From assembly GCA_965240325.2 (NCBI GenBank), contig OZ251228.1, positions 248,001 to 312,000 of the forward strand: a stretch of 64,000 nucleotides of DNA. The letters run 5' to 3'. The notes beneath the pieces were generated by a model. It was not told where the DNA came from and did not search any database. It saw only the letters and a program-made list of their open reading frames with translations. Positions 21,850-35,162 of the stretch are shown piece after piece (the first letter of the stretch is position 1; each line of letters starts with the position of its first letter). This DNA comes from Rebecca billardiae RCC1528. Lineage: Eukaryota > Protista > Haptophyta. The translations under genes were made by a program, and so were the position numbers.

Positions 21850-23405
21850 ATACCAGTTAGCCTGATGAGTCGGTGCAGAGTAGTAATTCACTCATCAGTC
21901 GGCCACGGACCGCACACTCGGCACAGTACCGCGTGGCGTGGCCGTATAAGCTCGCTGATTCTCAGCATTTCGCATTCAGTCAGAGGCTTTCGAGTGATTC
22001 GACGACGGACTGCTGCTGAGTTACGGCACAGTGTCATTGACATTAGTGGCCCAGACACCGTGAGGCGGTCTGATGAGCGACAGCGGCACGGTGCCGCCAC
22101 TGCCGGCGCCAGTGCATCACTCCTCATTCGCCCGTTACGACCGTCCGATGACGCTCATTTAGTCATGGTCATGCCGCCCGAACAGTGGGCCGTCCGGATG
22201 CCGCCCCGCAGGCCAGCTCGGCCCGAGCCAGCCGGCCGGCACTCCGCACTGCGCCGCACTCGGCACTGCGGGACGAAGCGCGGCCCGCGGAGCAGGCCCG
22301 TCCGAGCGCGGATCGGAAGCCGCTGACTAGGTCTAGCAGTATAGCTCGGCGCGGGTCACCCCGCAGTTCCAACTTGCTGTGTGCTGTGAACCTGTCACTG
22401 TGTCGCCAGCCGAGCCGCCCGTAGCCTACTGTTACTCGGAGCCGCCCATGCAACACGGTGTGACACTGAATGTCGAGCCAATCCGAATAGGCTGTATAAC
22501 GCCGTAGACGACTGTCGGACTAAGCTAGGACTACTACTACAATACCTTCAGCGACTCGGACGACGATTGCGCGCCTTGCGCGGCTTGGACCGGCGCCGCA
22601 CTCACTCCCGCCCAGTCCCCAGTCTCACACAGTCTGAGCCGCACCACAAGTAGCTTATTACGACATAATATTCGATTATATATTATTATTAGACGAAGCG
22701 TATATATCGCGTCACGGCTTCGCAGGGCCGCCAGCACTTGCGCAGCCCGTTGCAGCTGCAGCAGTCTCACTCTCACGCTGAGTCTCAGCTGTCTGCGCAG
22801 TCTCGCCTCTCGGGGCTCGGCGGTCAGGCTTCGCGCGTTGCGGCTCGGCGGACTGAGTCTGAGATGGGCATCCGAGGACTGACCGGACCGTCCGGAGCCG
22901 GCGCCGTGCCAGGACTCGGGCACTGAGCCGACTATACGCCACGGTATTCAGACTACTCGGCGGCGTTGCTGTAAGCAGTCTGCCAGCACGGTCAGTACGG
23001 TCAAGCTCTGAGAGAGTCTGATACGCGCGCAGCCGCTCGGCCGTGAGGCGTGACTGTGAATTATCACGGACCGGGACTTAATTACAGTCTCATGCCCGCG
23101 CACGGCCGGCTCATTGTCGGCGGGGCCGGCCCGCCCGGAAACGGGTGGCATCACTTGCCGGCATGGACGCATCGTCGCATCCAATAATATCGTGATGCAC
23201 TTAGTATGACCTAAGTCGTGATAATAGCTAGCTGGCGTCCGCGGGTGAGGCTGCTCGCCCAGCGGAGCCCCCAGAGCCTGCTCCGTGCTCGGCTGGCGGT
23301 TGTGAGTCCGGGGGCGCGCAACGGCATTCACGGCTCGTGAGCGCGAAAGCGATCTGCCGCCCTGAACCCAGTGCGCAGTGTCCGCGAGTCATCGCGCAAG
23401 CACAC

Positions 23406-24191
23406 TCAAACCTTGGTCTGGTTCTTGACCTTCTCCGCCGCCGCCTTGATCGCCTCAATGTCGCCCAGGTAGCGGCCCGAGTTGAGCGGCGCGATGCAGC
23501 CCTCCTGCGGCATGGGCTGAAGGTTGGCGTCGAGTTTGTACACGAGCGGCGTGCCCGTCGGGATCTCGAGCCCGGGGATCACGTCTTCGCTGATGTTCTC
23601 CAGGTGCTTCAGGATCGAGCGCACCGAGTTGCCGTGCGCAGCGATGAGCACCGTCTTGCGCGCCTTGAGCGCAGGCACAATGTCCGACTCCCAGAAGGGC
23701 AGCACGCGCTCGATGGTGTCCTTGAGGCACTCCGTGTCGGGGATTTCGGACGGCTTGAGGTCCTTGTACTTGGCCTCCTTCGACGGGTGGTACGGGCTGT
23801 CCTTCTCGAGCGGCGGCGGCGGCACGTCAAAGCTTCGCCGCCAGACCTGCACCTGCTCGGGGCCGTGCTTCACCACCGTCTCCTTCTTGTCGAGGGCGGT
23901 GAGGCCGCCGTACATGCGCTCGTTGAGGCGCCAGCTCTTCACCACGGGCGCGTACATCTGGTCCGACGTCTCGAGCGCGAAGTTGAGGGTCTTGATCGCG
24001 CGCTTGAGGTAGGAGGTGTAGCAGATGTCAAACTGGAGGCCCTCGTCGATGAAGAGCTTGCCGGCGCCCTTCGCCTCCTCGACGCCCTTGGGCGAGAGGT
24101 CCGCGTCGACCCAGCCGGTGAACTTGTTGGACACGTTCCACTCGGACTCGCCGTGGCGCATGAAGACCAGGGTCGCGTGAGCCTCCGACAT
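23406..24191 (-). CDS. gpmA: 2,3-bisphosphoglycerate-dependent phosphoglycerate mutase
   Basis: LVFMRHGESEWNVSNKFTGWVD, WRLNERMYGGLT, VQVWRRSFDVPPP, VLIAAHGNSVR, LEIPTGTPLVY. Confidence 0.97.
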   Translation of the reverse strand: MSEAHATLVFMRHGESEWNVSNKFTGWVDADLSPKGVEEAKGAGKLFIDEGLQFDICYTSYLKRAIKTLNFALETSDQMYAPVVKSWRLNERMYGGLTALDKKETVVKHGPEQVQVWRRSFDVPPPPLEKDSPYHPSKEAKYKDLKPSEIPDTECLKDTIERVLPFWESDIVPALKARKTVLIAAHGNSVRSILKHLENISEDVIPGLEIPTGTPLVYKLDANLQPMPQEGCIAPLNSGRYLGDIEAIKAAAEKVKNQTKV

Positions 24192-24474
24192 GATGGCGGG
24201 CTCGGGGCTCGGGGTTCTCTTCGCGAGCTGGGACACACGATCGATCGACGTTCTTTCGCGCCCGGCCGGCCGCGACGAATCGAATGATTCGTCGGCTGCG
24301 CGCGGAGCGTCGCGCCGCTCGCCCTGAAAACACCGGACAAGCCAAGCCGCGGCCGGGCGAACAAATCGGAAATGAAAATGAAACTCGGTGACCATTGACC
24401 AATTCTGCTGACCATGATTCATTTCTCTCGCGCCGGTGCCTCCTGCGCACGGCAGGTACCTGGTACCGGGCAGC

Positions 24475-27400
24475 ATGGCTGGCCGCCCATGGCGCCGCCC
24501 CCCCTTCCGACCTTGGGGGGTGGGGCTCGCGCTGGCCGTGCTGGCGCAGCTGCCGGCCTCCCGCACGAGCGAGGGGGCGTCAGTCGATCCGATGGCGCCG
24601 AGGCAGGACGACCCTCTGCGATTGCAGCGCGCGATCCACGCGCGCGAGCCGCTGTCTGAGGAGCTGCTCGGCTGGGTGGTGACGCCGCAGATGGCGGAGG
24701 ACCACCACCGACGGCTGGCGGTATCCGAGGAGGACGCGGTCTCGTGCGACACGTTCGTCACCCTCCTCACCGCGCAGCGCGGCGACTTTGCAATCTATGA
24801 CGACGTGCACGGCTTCAAGTCGTACAAGACGTGCTACTTCCGCATCATCCCCCAGATCCGCACGAGCTCGATGACGCTCATCTTCACCGCGTTCGACATG
24901 CCCGTGGGCGGCGCGGTGCGCGCGCGCGACGTGGCGACTGCCCCTCGCCGGCACAGGCGTGCCCGCCGCCGTGCCCGCCGCTCACCAACCTCGCGCCGTG
25001 CCGTCGCCGCCGCGCGCTCGCCTGCGCGCTGCCGCGCCGCGCGCTCGCCCGTGCCCCCCCCCCTCGCGCTCGCGCTCGCGCTCGCGCAGCATTACATCGC
25101 CGTGTACAACGAGACGCTGAGCGAGGAGTCCCTGCTGTTCAAAGCGCCCGACTCGCTCACCGGCGGCACGGAGGTGCCCGCGCCGCTGACGTGCACTAGC
25201 TGCACCTCCTTCCTCGTCGTGTTCCGCTCGAGCCACCCGGTCTCTGACTTCTCGAGCGGCGGTCGCGTGTACGCCGGCTTCCAGGCCTCCTACTCGGCGG
25301 TGCAGTTCGACCTGTCGTCGTTCTCGCCGCTGCTCGGGCCGATCGGCGGCGGCACGCGGGTGACGCTGTACGGCGTCTTCGGCGGCTTCTCCGGCCGCAC
25401 GTGCGAGTGGGAGGGCCCCTCGGCCGTCTCGGCGCCGCAGGAGGCGACGACCGACAGCTACGCCGAGTGCACCGCGCCCGAAGTGGGCCTGGGCGGCACG
25501 TACGTGCTGTCGATGCAGGGGATCGAGGACGGGAGCTCGCTCCTCCGCGCGGCGGACGAGACGCCGGACGAGTCGTTCGTGTACTACGTCGACCCGACCG
25601 TCGTCTCCGCCGCGCCCGCCAAGGGCAGCTACAACACGCAGGTGCTGGTCACGCTCAGCGCCGCGCTGCCGGCCGGCACGTCCGTCGGCCGCGCGCTCAA
25701 GTGCAAGTTCGGCACGGTGAACGTGGCCGCGTCGGTGAGCTCGACGAGCACGGCGGCGGTGCGGTGCAACGCGCCGATGCCGCTGACGGGCACGACGACG
25801 CCGTCCGTCGGCCCCACCGTCGCCGTCAGCGTCTCGCTCAACGGGCAGCAGTTCACGAGCTCGAGCGCGCCGTTCACGTACAACTACTACTGCTCGGGCA
25901 CACGCACGCTCACCGCGGACAAGGGCACCTTCTCGGACCACGCGCGGACGGGCGTGGCGCCGTACCGGCCGTACTCGTCGTGCGCGTGGGTGATCGACCC
26001 GTCCGACTCGTCCGCGCCGCTGATGCTCGTCATCGAGCCCGACGTCGACCTCGAGCCCGGCGACGACTTCATCGAGGTCTACAACGGCACCGTCCCAGAT
26101 GGCGACCGGCTGATGCGCACCTACCCGACTGGGTATGACGACACGCCCGAGCAGCTGCAGCCGCTGTTCGCGACGAGCGGGAGCATGTACGTGCGCTTCC
26201 GCACGCGCGTCTTCACCGGGCGCACCGGCTTCACCGCCACCTACTCCGCGCTCGACCTCGGCCTCGTCACCATCAGCCCGGTCGCGGCGAGCGTCTCAGG
26301 CAACGCCACGGCGGTCGTCACCGGCCAGTTTGCGAGCATCGCGGCGCGCGCCGACGCGTCCTTCACGCTCGACTTCGTGTTCACGGCGCAGGGCGTGACG
26401 AAGGCGGAGGTGGAGAGCGCGAGCGACGCCGAGCTCACCCTCTCCCTCCCGGCCGCCCTCGACCCGGACTCGCCCAACACCAAGATCAACCTCGACGTTC
26501 CGGCGTACGCCCTCGGCGCGGCGAGCGGCGCGTCAGAGGCCGTGCACGTGCGGCTGCGGCTCGTGGACGGCGGCACGACGATCGTCACGGAGGACGCGCT
26601 GAACTTCACGTACTTCCGCGACCCGGTCGTGTCGTCCGTCACGCCCACCTCCGGCGTGATCGGCACCACCGTCACCGTGCGCGGCCAGAACTTCGTCGAT
26701 CTCGAGACGCTGCGCTGCCGGTTTGGCAGCACCGACGGCGCGCTCGGCTCGACCGAGTGGGTGGACGAGGGCACGGTGGTGTGCGTCGCGCCCGTGCCGG
26801 CGTCGGCGTCGGGCGGGCGCTCGCCGTCGTTCGGCGTGACGGTGTCGAACAACGCGCTCGACTACTCCAACGACGACGTCACCTTCCAGTACAAGGTGTA
26901 CTGCGGGCGCAACGCGCAGGGCTCGCTGCGCACTGACTTCACCACCTCGATCGCGGCCATCACAGACCACACGGGCGGCGGCGTGTACATGCCCAACTCG
27001 CTGTGCGAGTTCGGCATCGACCCGCCGGGCGCGTCGGAGGCGCGGATCCGGTTCGACCGGCTCGACCTGGCCAACACCGACCGCCTCGTCCTCACCGCCT
27101 CCGACGGCGAGGAGTTCGACGCGCTCAACCAGTTCATCGCGACGGGCGAGCTTCCTGAGGTGACGGTGCTGTCGTCTCCGGTGCTCGTCGACTTTGCGAC
27201 CGCCTCGCAGGCGCTGGGGGAGGGGTTCCAGCTGACGTTCTACGACAACACGATCGTGGTGGAGGACTGCCCCGACGCGGACGCGAGCTCCGCCCTCGAG
27301 GTCACCACCGACGTCTCCTCCACCTCGCTCAAGGACGGCGGCGCCATCTCGGTCTCCGTGCTCGACCAGTCGTTTGCCTTCCACTTCCTCGACCCGGGCG

Positions 27401-30400
27401 CGGCGATCGAGCGCGTGCGGATCGTGATCGTCACCACCTCCGCGGACGAGCTGCTCACGGACAACGGCGCGCTGCTCGCGTACGCGCTCGAGGCGTACTG
27501 CCCCGCCGCCGCCTCCGCCACCTCCACCGCCTCGATCGCGGCGAGCGGCGAGCTCAAGCTCTACCACTGCGTGCCGGCGGGCGTCTCGGAGCGGCTGTAC
27601 ATCGGCATCTTTGGCAACTCGGGCGGGAGCGACTATATCCCGTATGACATCGGCTGGTCGACGGACTTCATCCGCGAGCTGAGCGACGCGGACGGCTCGC
27701 GCTCGGCGTCGTTCCCCGGGCAGCAGGACGGCGAGGTGCTCTACGTCGCCATCAACCCGCCCACCGACGCGTTCAAGGTCGAGCGGCACGCCATCCACGT
27801 CGTCGTCTCGTTTGACGACTCGACCGAGGGCGATCGCGCGGGCACGCTGCGCGCGAACGCGGTCAAGTGCGCGACGGCGAGCGACGCGCAGTACACGCTG
27901 CTCGAGCCGGACCCGGTGACGGAGCGGTGGGAGCTCACGATCATGGAGCCGCCCACCCTCGCGGGCAGCTGCGCGAGCGCCGGGCACGGCGGCTCGGCGG
28001 TGCAGTGGTTCATTACGTTTGAGGCGCGGCCGGGCGTTCAGAACTCCGTCACCGTGAACGTCGAGGTCGACTACGAGAAGCTGCGCTACCCCGTGGGCAA
28101 CCTGCTCGCGTTCGCCTCGATCGCGGCGGGGCAGACGCACTACCTCAACCTCGAGACCGGCGCGGTGCTCGACGTCGACGTGCGCCCGTGCGTCTTCGAC
28201 GAGACGAGCCGCGCGTGCGACGACGCCAACGACGGCGCGGAGCACCTCGCCGCCGCGCAGCTGGTCGTGCAGGCACAGAACGCCGCGTCGCTCAGCGCGC
28301 TGTGCTTCGCGAGCGGCGGGAGCCTGCCGCAGTCGGACTCGACGCCTGACTCGGGCGGCTCGTACCGCCTCTCCGCGTGCGGCGCGGGCGAGAGCTCCGT
28401 CGACACGCCGTGGGTCCTCGCCGTGACCAACAACGGCGACCGCGCGGTCTCCTACTCGATCGACGCGTCCGCCGACACGATCGAGGTGATCGCCTTCGAC
28501 GAGGGGAACGAGGTGCTCAAGGAGGGCGAGCTGGTGAACGCCGAGGCGTACGTGTACTACCAGGTCGCGATCGAGCGCAACGACGGCCTCGACGTGCTGC
28601 TCTCCACCACCACCACCTCGACGAGCGCGCTGCTGGAGCTGTACGCCTCGAGCGAGGGCTGCGCGTCCGCCAACCGCGACGCGACCGGCCAGGCGAACGT
28701 GACGGTGCCCGTGAACCGCGGCACGGCGCAGGAGTACCACCTGGTGCTGCCGCCGTGCACGAACGCCACGCTCTTCTTCGTCTCGGTCTTCACGCCGCTC
28801 AACTCCGCGCAGACCTTCGACATCACCTTCAAGCGCCGGCCGAAGGCGCTCGAGCGCGACCTGCTTGGCGGCAGCGACGTGCGCGCGATCCTGCCGCGCT
28901 CGTGGCACGCGTGGGAGCTGGACATGAGCGGCGACGAGGTGGTGACGATCACGCTGACCGAGCTGCTCCTCACCACCACCGAGTCGGGCACCGACTCGGG
29001 CGAGGCCAACCTCGAGCTGCACATCCTCCCGATGCGCGGCGCGGACGTGCCCTCGGTGTGCGCCGCCTTCTCCGGCGACGGCGCACTCTTCGAGTACCAG
29101 CTGCGCGAGACGCGCTCGGCCGCGGCGGAGGACAAGGTGTACACGGTGTCGATCGCGGAGTGCGCGGTGTCGCGCCTGCTCGTCGGCGTCTACTCGCGCG
29201 ACGCGCGCCGCGGCGGCTTCGTCGAGTACACGCTCTCCGTCGACAGCCAGCCGCGCGCGTTTGTCGAGGGCTCGGCGCCGTTCAGCGGCCACCTTGTCGC
29301 CAACCAGACCAACATGTTCGAGGTGTCGGCGGTGACGGCGGACCGCACGCTCGTGGTGCAGGCGCTGATCGACGGCGAGGAGTCGGACGAGGCGCTCACC
29401 CTCTTCGTCCAGCCCGAGTCCCTCGCCACGTGCGGCGGCGTGCAGAACTCGACGCAGGTCGGAGTCAACCTGCCAACGCTCGTCGGCGGCCAGCTGCAGT
29501 TCATCGACAACCAGTGCGCGTCCTCGCCGCAGGTGTACTTCATCCGCGTGCTGGGCATGCCCGAGATCGGCGGGCGCAACATCGAGTACACGCTGCAGGT
29601 CACCTCCGAGGGCCAGGCCGACTTCTCGCTCACGCTCGACCCGACGTTCCAGCTCTGGTCCGAGCCGATCGTGCTCGCGTCCGGCACGTGGCAGTACAAC
29701 TTCATGAGCGTGCCGCCGATCGGCGCGGAGGAGGCGGTGGGCGCGAACGCGCGCTTCACGCTGGACGTGCAGTCGATCACGCACGAGCTCGCCTCGGGCG
29801 AGGTGCTCACGCCGCTCGCCGAGGTCTCCGAGCTGCTCAACGTGTACGTGCGCGACGACTCGTCGTGCCCGTCGCTCCTCGACGGCATCCGCACGATCGT
29901 CGACGGCTCGGTCGACGTGGCGGACGTGACGCTGCTCACGGGGCAGCAGGTGTACATCGGCCTGCGCGGCGCGTGGACGACGCGCCGGCAGTACGCCTTC
30001 CGCGTGCGCCCGCGCTTCCTCTGCACCGAGGGCTACTTCGCCGACAGCTACGACCAGGCGTGCGAGCCGTGCCCGCCGGGCGAGTACTCTGCGCAGGAGG
30101 GCGCGACCGAATGCATCCCGTGCTCGATCGGCCAGTTCTCGCCCGAGCCGGGGCGTGTGGCGTGCGACCTGTGCCCGCTGGGCACCTTCCAGGACACGCC
30201 GGGCGCCGCCCTGTGCAAGCCGTGCCAGACGGGCACCTTCGGCCCGCGGCCCGCGGCGATCACGTGCGACGACTGCGACCCCGGACTTTACCAGGACCAG
30301 TCGGGGCAGCCCGAGTGCCTGCAGTGCCCGGTCAACACCAACTCGCCGAAGAAGTCGGCGGCGATCACGGAGTGCGTGTGCGACGAGGGCTTCTTCAACC

Positions 30401-32790
30401 AGGAGCTGCTCGCCGGCCAGGCGTGCGAGCCCTGCCCGCTCGGCGCGGTGTGCGCTGGCGGCGGCGGCGTCGACGCGGCCGACGCGGAGGCGCTCGCGTC
30501 GATGCCCTACCCGGCTGAGGGGTACTTCCAGGACTGGGACGAGACGGAGACGATCGGCGGCGGGCCGGGGAACATCGCGGACGACGCGACGGAGTACGCG
30601 GCGGTCGTCGGCCCCGGCCAGTGGCCGCACCGCGCCGCGACGCGCCAGACGCCGCGCTACTGGGAGGACGCCTACTTCCTGCCGTGCACGCCGAGCAAGG
30701 CGTGCACAGGCGGTCGGCAGTCCGGCACGGGCGGCCGCTGGTGGCTGGCGTACGACGAGGTGGACCGCATCTTCAAGACGGTGCAGGAGTACCTGAGCGT
30801 GCAGTGCGCGACGGAGTACGCCAACGAGCAGGGCGGCCGCCAGTGCAACCGCTGCGCCGACCAGCACTACCGCAACGTGAACAACGAGTGCGTGCCGTGT
30901 GAGACGGACGCGTGGGAGCTCGCGTTGATCGCGATCGGACTGATCGCGCTCGCCGCGGCGATGTACACGGTGTCCAAGTCGGGCTTCAACGTGGGCGCGC
31001 TGGCGATCTCGGTCAACTTCTTCCAGGTCACCTCGATCTTTGCCTCCTTCCAGATCAGATGGCCGCTGCAGGTCGAGATTCTCTTCCGATTCTTCGCGAC
31101 CTTCCAGATCGGCATCGAGATTGCGCAGCCCGAGTGCGTGCTGGGCAACATCACCTACTCGGACAAGTGGCTGTTCATGATGGCGCTGCCGATCATCTTC
31201 CTCTTCCTGCTGTGCACCGTGCTCATCCTGATCAACTCGCACCACTGGCTGCTCACGCTCACGCGCTTCTCCCTCTGGTTCAAGCGCAAGTTCCCGCGCG
31301 CGCTGCGCAAGCCCGAGCGGCCGCGCGCCAAGCCGGAGGAGACGCGCGCAGAGACGCTCGTGCGCGTGCTGCGCGGGCTGGCGCGCACCGTCGCGTACAA
31401 GTTCGGCGCGGCGCTCGTGCAGACGTCGTCGCGCGAGACGCGCGAGGTCGTCGCCGACTCGATCATCAACGCCTTCTTCATGTTCCTCACCCTCTTCTAC
31501 TTGGCGGCCGCGCAGAAGGCCCTCGAGCCGTTCGCCTGCTTCCCGACGCGCTTCGACGACTCGGGCGCCGCGTCCAACCGCGTGATGAGCGCGGACGCGT
31601 CGATCCGGTGCGAGTGGGGGAACCAGCAGTGGCGGCTGCTTGCGGTCTCCGGCGTCCTCGCCGGCGTGATCTACGGCATCGGCATCCCGCTCTCGATCAT
31701 GTGCTTTCTGTACGCCGGCCGCTTCCGGCTGAATGTGATGGCGTTCGGGCGCAAGTTTGGCTACCTCTACCGGCGCTACGAGCGCGAGTGGTACTTCTGG
31801 GAGGTGCGCGCCGCTGCCGCGGGCCGTGCGCTCGGCGGGCGCAGCCGCACGCACGCACGGCGAGGCGGCGCCGCCGTGCGCCGCACTGCCGCGACGCGCG
31901 CGTGCGCCGTCGCCGTCGCTCACGCGGCCGTGGCCTCGTTCCGCGCCGCGCGCGCACCGCCGCCCGCCTGCGCTGCGCGCTGCAGGTGACGGTGCTGCTG
32001 CGCAAGCTGCTGCTCGCGTGCATCCGCCTCTTCCTCTCGGCGCACGTGCTGGCGCAGTCCACGATCGGCATCCTCATCATCACCACCTTCCTCTCCGCGC
32101 AGGTGCGCGGCGCGCGCGCACACCGCGCTGCGCTCGGCGCCGCCAGCCCGCGAGCGCGCACCGCAATGGCCACGCGCGCTGAGCGCCGAGCGCGGACTGA
32201 CCGCCTCGCGCGCGCCGCGCCCCGCCCCGCCCCTCGTCTCGGCGCAGGTGTTCGCGAGGCCGTACGAGGAGATCCACCTCGACATGATGGAGACGGTGCT
32301 CCTGTCCGCCAACTACGTGACTCTCTTCCTGGGCTTCACAAAGCACGTGCTCAACGACCAGCCGTGGTACATCAAGGACCAGGTGTACGCGGCCACGCTG
32401 GAGGTGACCATCCTGGTCGTGCTGATCGCGTGCATCGTCTTCATCGTCTTCTTCAACCTGTACGACGTCTCGCGCCAGCTCATCCGGCTGTACCGGCGCC
32501 GCTCGCTCGGCGAAGGCAAGTACGGCGCGGGCCAGCTGCTGCACCTGCGCCACCTCGACCCGTTCACCGAGGAGCTGCAGGTGCTCGGCCAGACGTACAT
32601 GCTCTCGTCGAAGCGCGAGCCTTTCGTCTCGTGGCTCATGCAGGCGAGCAACGAGGAGAAGCTTCTCTTCGAGAGTGTCTTCAAGTCGTTCAAGTTCTTC
32701 ATGGAGGATGCCGAGACGCAGCGGCGCGAAGGCCGGGAACGAACGGGCCACAGGCGCTTTGGCAAGTTTGGCAGGAAGCTGAAGAACTGA
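24475..32790 (+). CDS. Giant cell-surface multipass protein: CUB and IPT/TIG domains, beta-sandwich repeats, Cys-rich (GCC2/GCC3, ephrin-receptor-like) repeats, multi-TM C-terminus (introns 24916-25089, 31804-31985, 32103-32247)
   Basis: Signal peptide; CUB-like motifs (YSSCAWVI...DFIEVYNG...GFTATY); IPT motifs (SPLLGPIGGGTRVTLYG, VSVSLNGQQF); CxxCPxGxF repeats; C-terminal hydrophobic helices with FGYLYRRYEREWYFWEVTVLLRKLLL. Confidence 0.88.
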
Positions 32791-33135
32791 CGATGTGTGA
32801 TCGCCCTGGCGCCAGATTAGAGTCACGGCAGCTGGCATTCCGTGGGTGTCACCTGTCACTAGATGGCACGCGCGCCATGTTCTCAAGTCTCTCTCGCGCC
32901 TCACGGTGAACTCATCGGCACGAAGCGGCCGCCATCGTGATCATATCTGCAGAAAAAAAACAAATCCGGCTGCCCAACCGTACCATACAGTTTATAATAC
33001 TAAGAATAAGAGACGCACATGTACAGCTCAGGCAGGCGAGATACTCTGCTGGAAATCCGGCTCCTTCGACTGATGGCGGGCGCACTTTTTGTCTTCCTGA
33101 ACCTTCGAGCGCATCACCCCGTCCGCGCGCGAACC

Positions 33136-33921
33136 ATGGCGATCTCCAGTTGCAGCAAGGAGGTGGCGACGCGCCTCTTCCAAATGCTCGCGGTGAACGA
33201 GATGGAGGCGGACGCCGTCAAATCAGACCACGCGTCGTACGCAAAGCTCGGCCTCTTGACGCAGCAGGCCAACATGCTGCAGCGGCAGGCCGTGCAGGTG
33301 GTCAACAAGAGCGCCTCGCAGATGCTCGAAGGGAAGGCGGCGGAGCCGGAGCTGACCACGGAGTGCACCGCGCTCTCGACGGAGTACACGGACGGCGCGC
33401 AGCGCCTTCTTGGCGTGCTTGCAGTCAACGACAACGCCGTCGCCGCGATCAAGCGCGACCAGGCCGCGTGCGCCAAGCTGTCACTGCTCGCAGATCAGGT
33501 GGGGCTGCTGCAGGAGCAGGCCAAGCAGGTGGTGGATGAGGCCGAGCTCAACCGCCGGCTCACCGAGATCAGCAAGAGCCAGGTGTGCCGCCTGGTGCCA
33601 GGCACGATGTACTACCACTACACGCAGAACGGGAAGGAGGCGCTGTCGCGGGTGGCCGCCGACGAGTGGAACTCGTACGACGCGTTCCACGGCAAGTACC
33701 TGTATGACTTTGACTTCGCCTTCAGGAAGCTCGAGGAGGGCGAGCCGACACTCGAAACGGAGTGCGCGCTGCTCCCGTGCGCAATGGGCACGCCGAAGAC
33801 ACCCGCGGGCCTCTTCACAGACGGCGACATGGGCACGCCGGCGGGCGGGCCGGAGATCGCCCGGGACCACAAAGGTGCACCGGCCCCCATGCCCACATGC
33901 CACGTGCTGTCGCGATGGTGA
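33136..33921 (+). CDS. DUF2452 (C1orf50-like) family protein
   Basis: KLSLLADQVGLLQEQAKQVV...LVPGTMYYHY...LSRVAADEW...GKYLYDFD matches the DUF2452 pattern as recalled. Confidence 0.75.
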   Translation: MAISSCSKEVATRLFQMLAVNEMEADAVKSDHASYAKLGLLTQQANMLQRQAVQVVNKSASQMLEGKAAEPELTTECTALSTEYTDGAQRLLGVLAVNDNAVAAIKRDQAACAKLSLLADQVGLLQEQAKQVVDEAELNRRLTEISKSQVCRLVPGTMYYHYTQNGKEALSRVAADEWNSYDAFHGKYLYDFDFAFRKLEEGEPTLETECALLPCAMGTPKTPAGLFTDGDMGTPAGGPEIARDHKGAPAPMPTCHVLSRW

Positions 33922-34380
33922 GTGCGGCTTGGCGCCGATGCGCGCTGCCAGCGGGCTTGTCGACGCCACGGGCAGTCCCACGCGAGGCTATCGCTGCCAT
34001 TGTTCGGCGCGCTGCGCTCTCGCTCGCGATCGGCGCCGGGTCGCCGGGCCTCGGATCCCAGGCGCGGCGGGGCGCCTGAGGCTGAAGCTAGTCGAGGGGG
34101 CTAGGCTGTCGCTCCGCACCCGTGGCCGTCCCGGTGGCCGTTGGCCGTCCGTCACTGGCGGTGAGACTTGCTGGTACGCGGCGATATATGGCTCCGGCTC
34201 GAGCGGCGGCACGACGGTGGCGTTCTGTACTGCAATCTGCTGTCTGCATGTACATCAACGTATCTCATAGGTACTAAGCTACTCTAGCTGAATTATCATA
34301 CATATACTATATATACTATACATATTAATATACATCATACTGTCACGTCCGGTAGTTGATTAAGTATATACGATATATAT

Positions 34381-34437
34381 ATGTGTCTGTTGCACTCTGA
34401 GCCTGACGCTTGTCCGATGCTGCCACGTCGTTAAATG
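34381..34437 (+). mobile_element. Right-end fragment of the TTAACGAC MITE family, embedded in (TA)n
   Basis: Identical by eye to 61594-61650. Confidence 0.85.
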
Positions 34438-35162
34438 TATATATATCGTATCGTATATATATATATATATCATTTTAAAAGACTACGTACAGTCTCATCA
34501 GGCTCGGACCGCGCGAGTGTGGAGTGACAGAGCCATCACAGGTGGTGAACACTACCGACAGGTCAGTCAGAGTACTGCGGCCCGATTTGACGCAATGTTA
34601 AATCCGAAGTTATCTGACTGTCTGCGACAGTCCCCGGACTCGGGAGAGATGCGGCACGGAGCCGACGCTCCGCGTCTGAGCAGTGCGGACCATGTGCTAC
34701 GCCAAGTTCTACAAACCCGGGCCCTCGTTCATGGTGAGGCGTCGATCCCCAGAAGGCTTTAGAAGCTGATTCCGAGATCACTTGATTACTTCACCTCGAC
34801 CTACGGCACGGTCAGGCGCCACCGCATCCGCGTGGGCGCGCCAGTCGCGGCAACGGCTGTCAGGCGTTTGCCGGGCCGTCAGTTCTGCGGGGCTGTGCAG
34901 AGCCAGTCATGTGACCCACCGCGCGTGCCTCTTTTCAACGGGCGCCGGTGGAGCAACCCGTCTCCGACTACGTCCAAGCTTGATCAAGCCTCCACAATGT
35001 TGAAGGACCAGGCCGCCCGGCAGCCATCGTGGTCCGGAACTAATAATGTATTGTTTCATAAGGAGCAGGCGAACACGGCCCCCGCGCTCGCTCGGAGCGG
35101 GGGCGAGGGAGGGGCTCCCGAGCTGGGGAGCCGACCGAGCCGGAGGGCAGGCGCTTGGAAGC

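Noticed and set aside
26533-31923. 1796-aa minus-strand ORF, and similar long antisense ORFs (17654-20017 +, 7071-8489 -, 23337-24287 +, 38114-39319 -, 4087-5199 +)
   Set aside because: They lie exactly opposite well-supported genes and have R/A/V/G-rich shadow composition with no motifs. Stop-free antisense frames are expected at this GC content.
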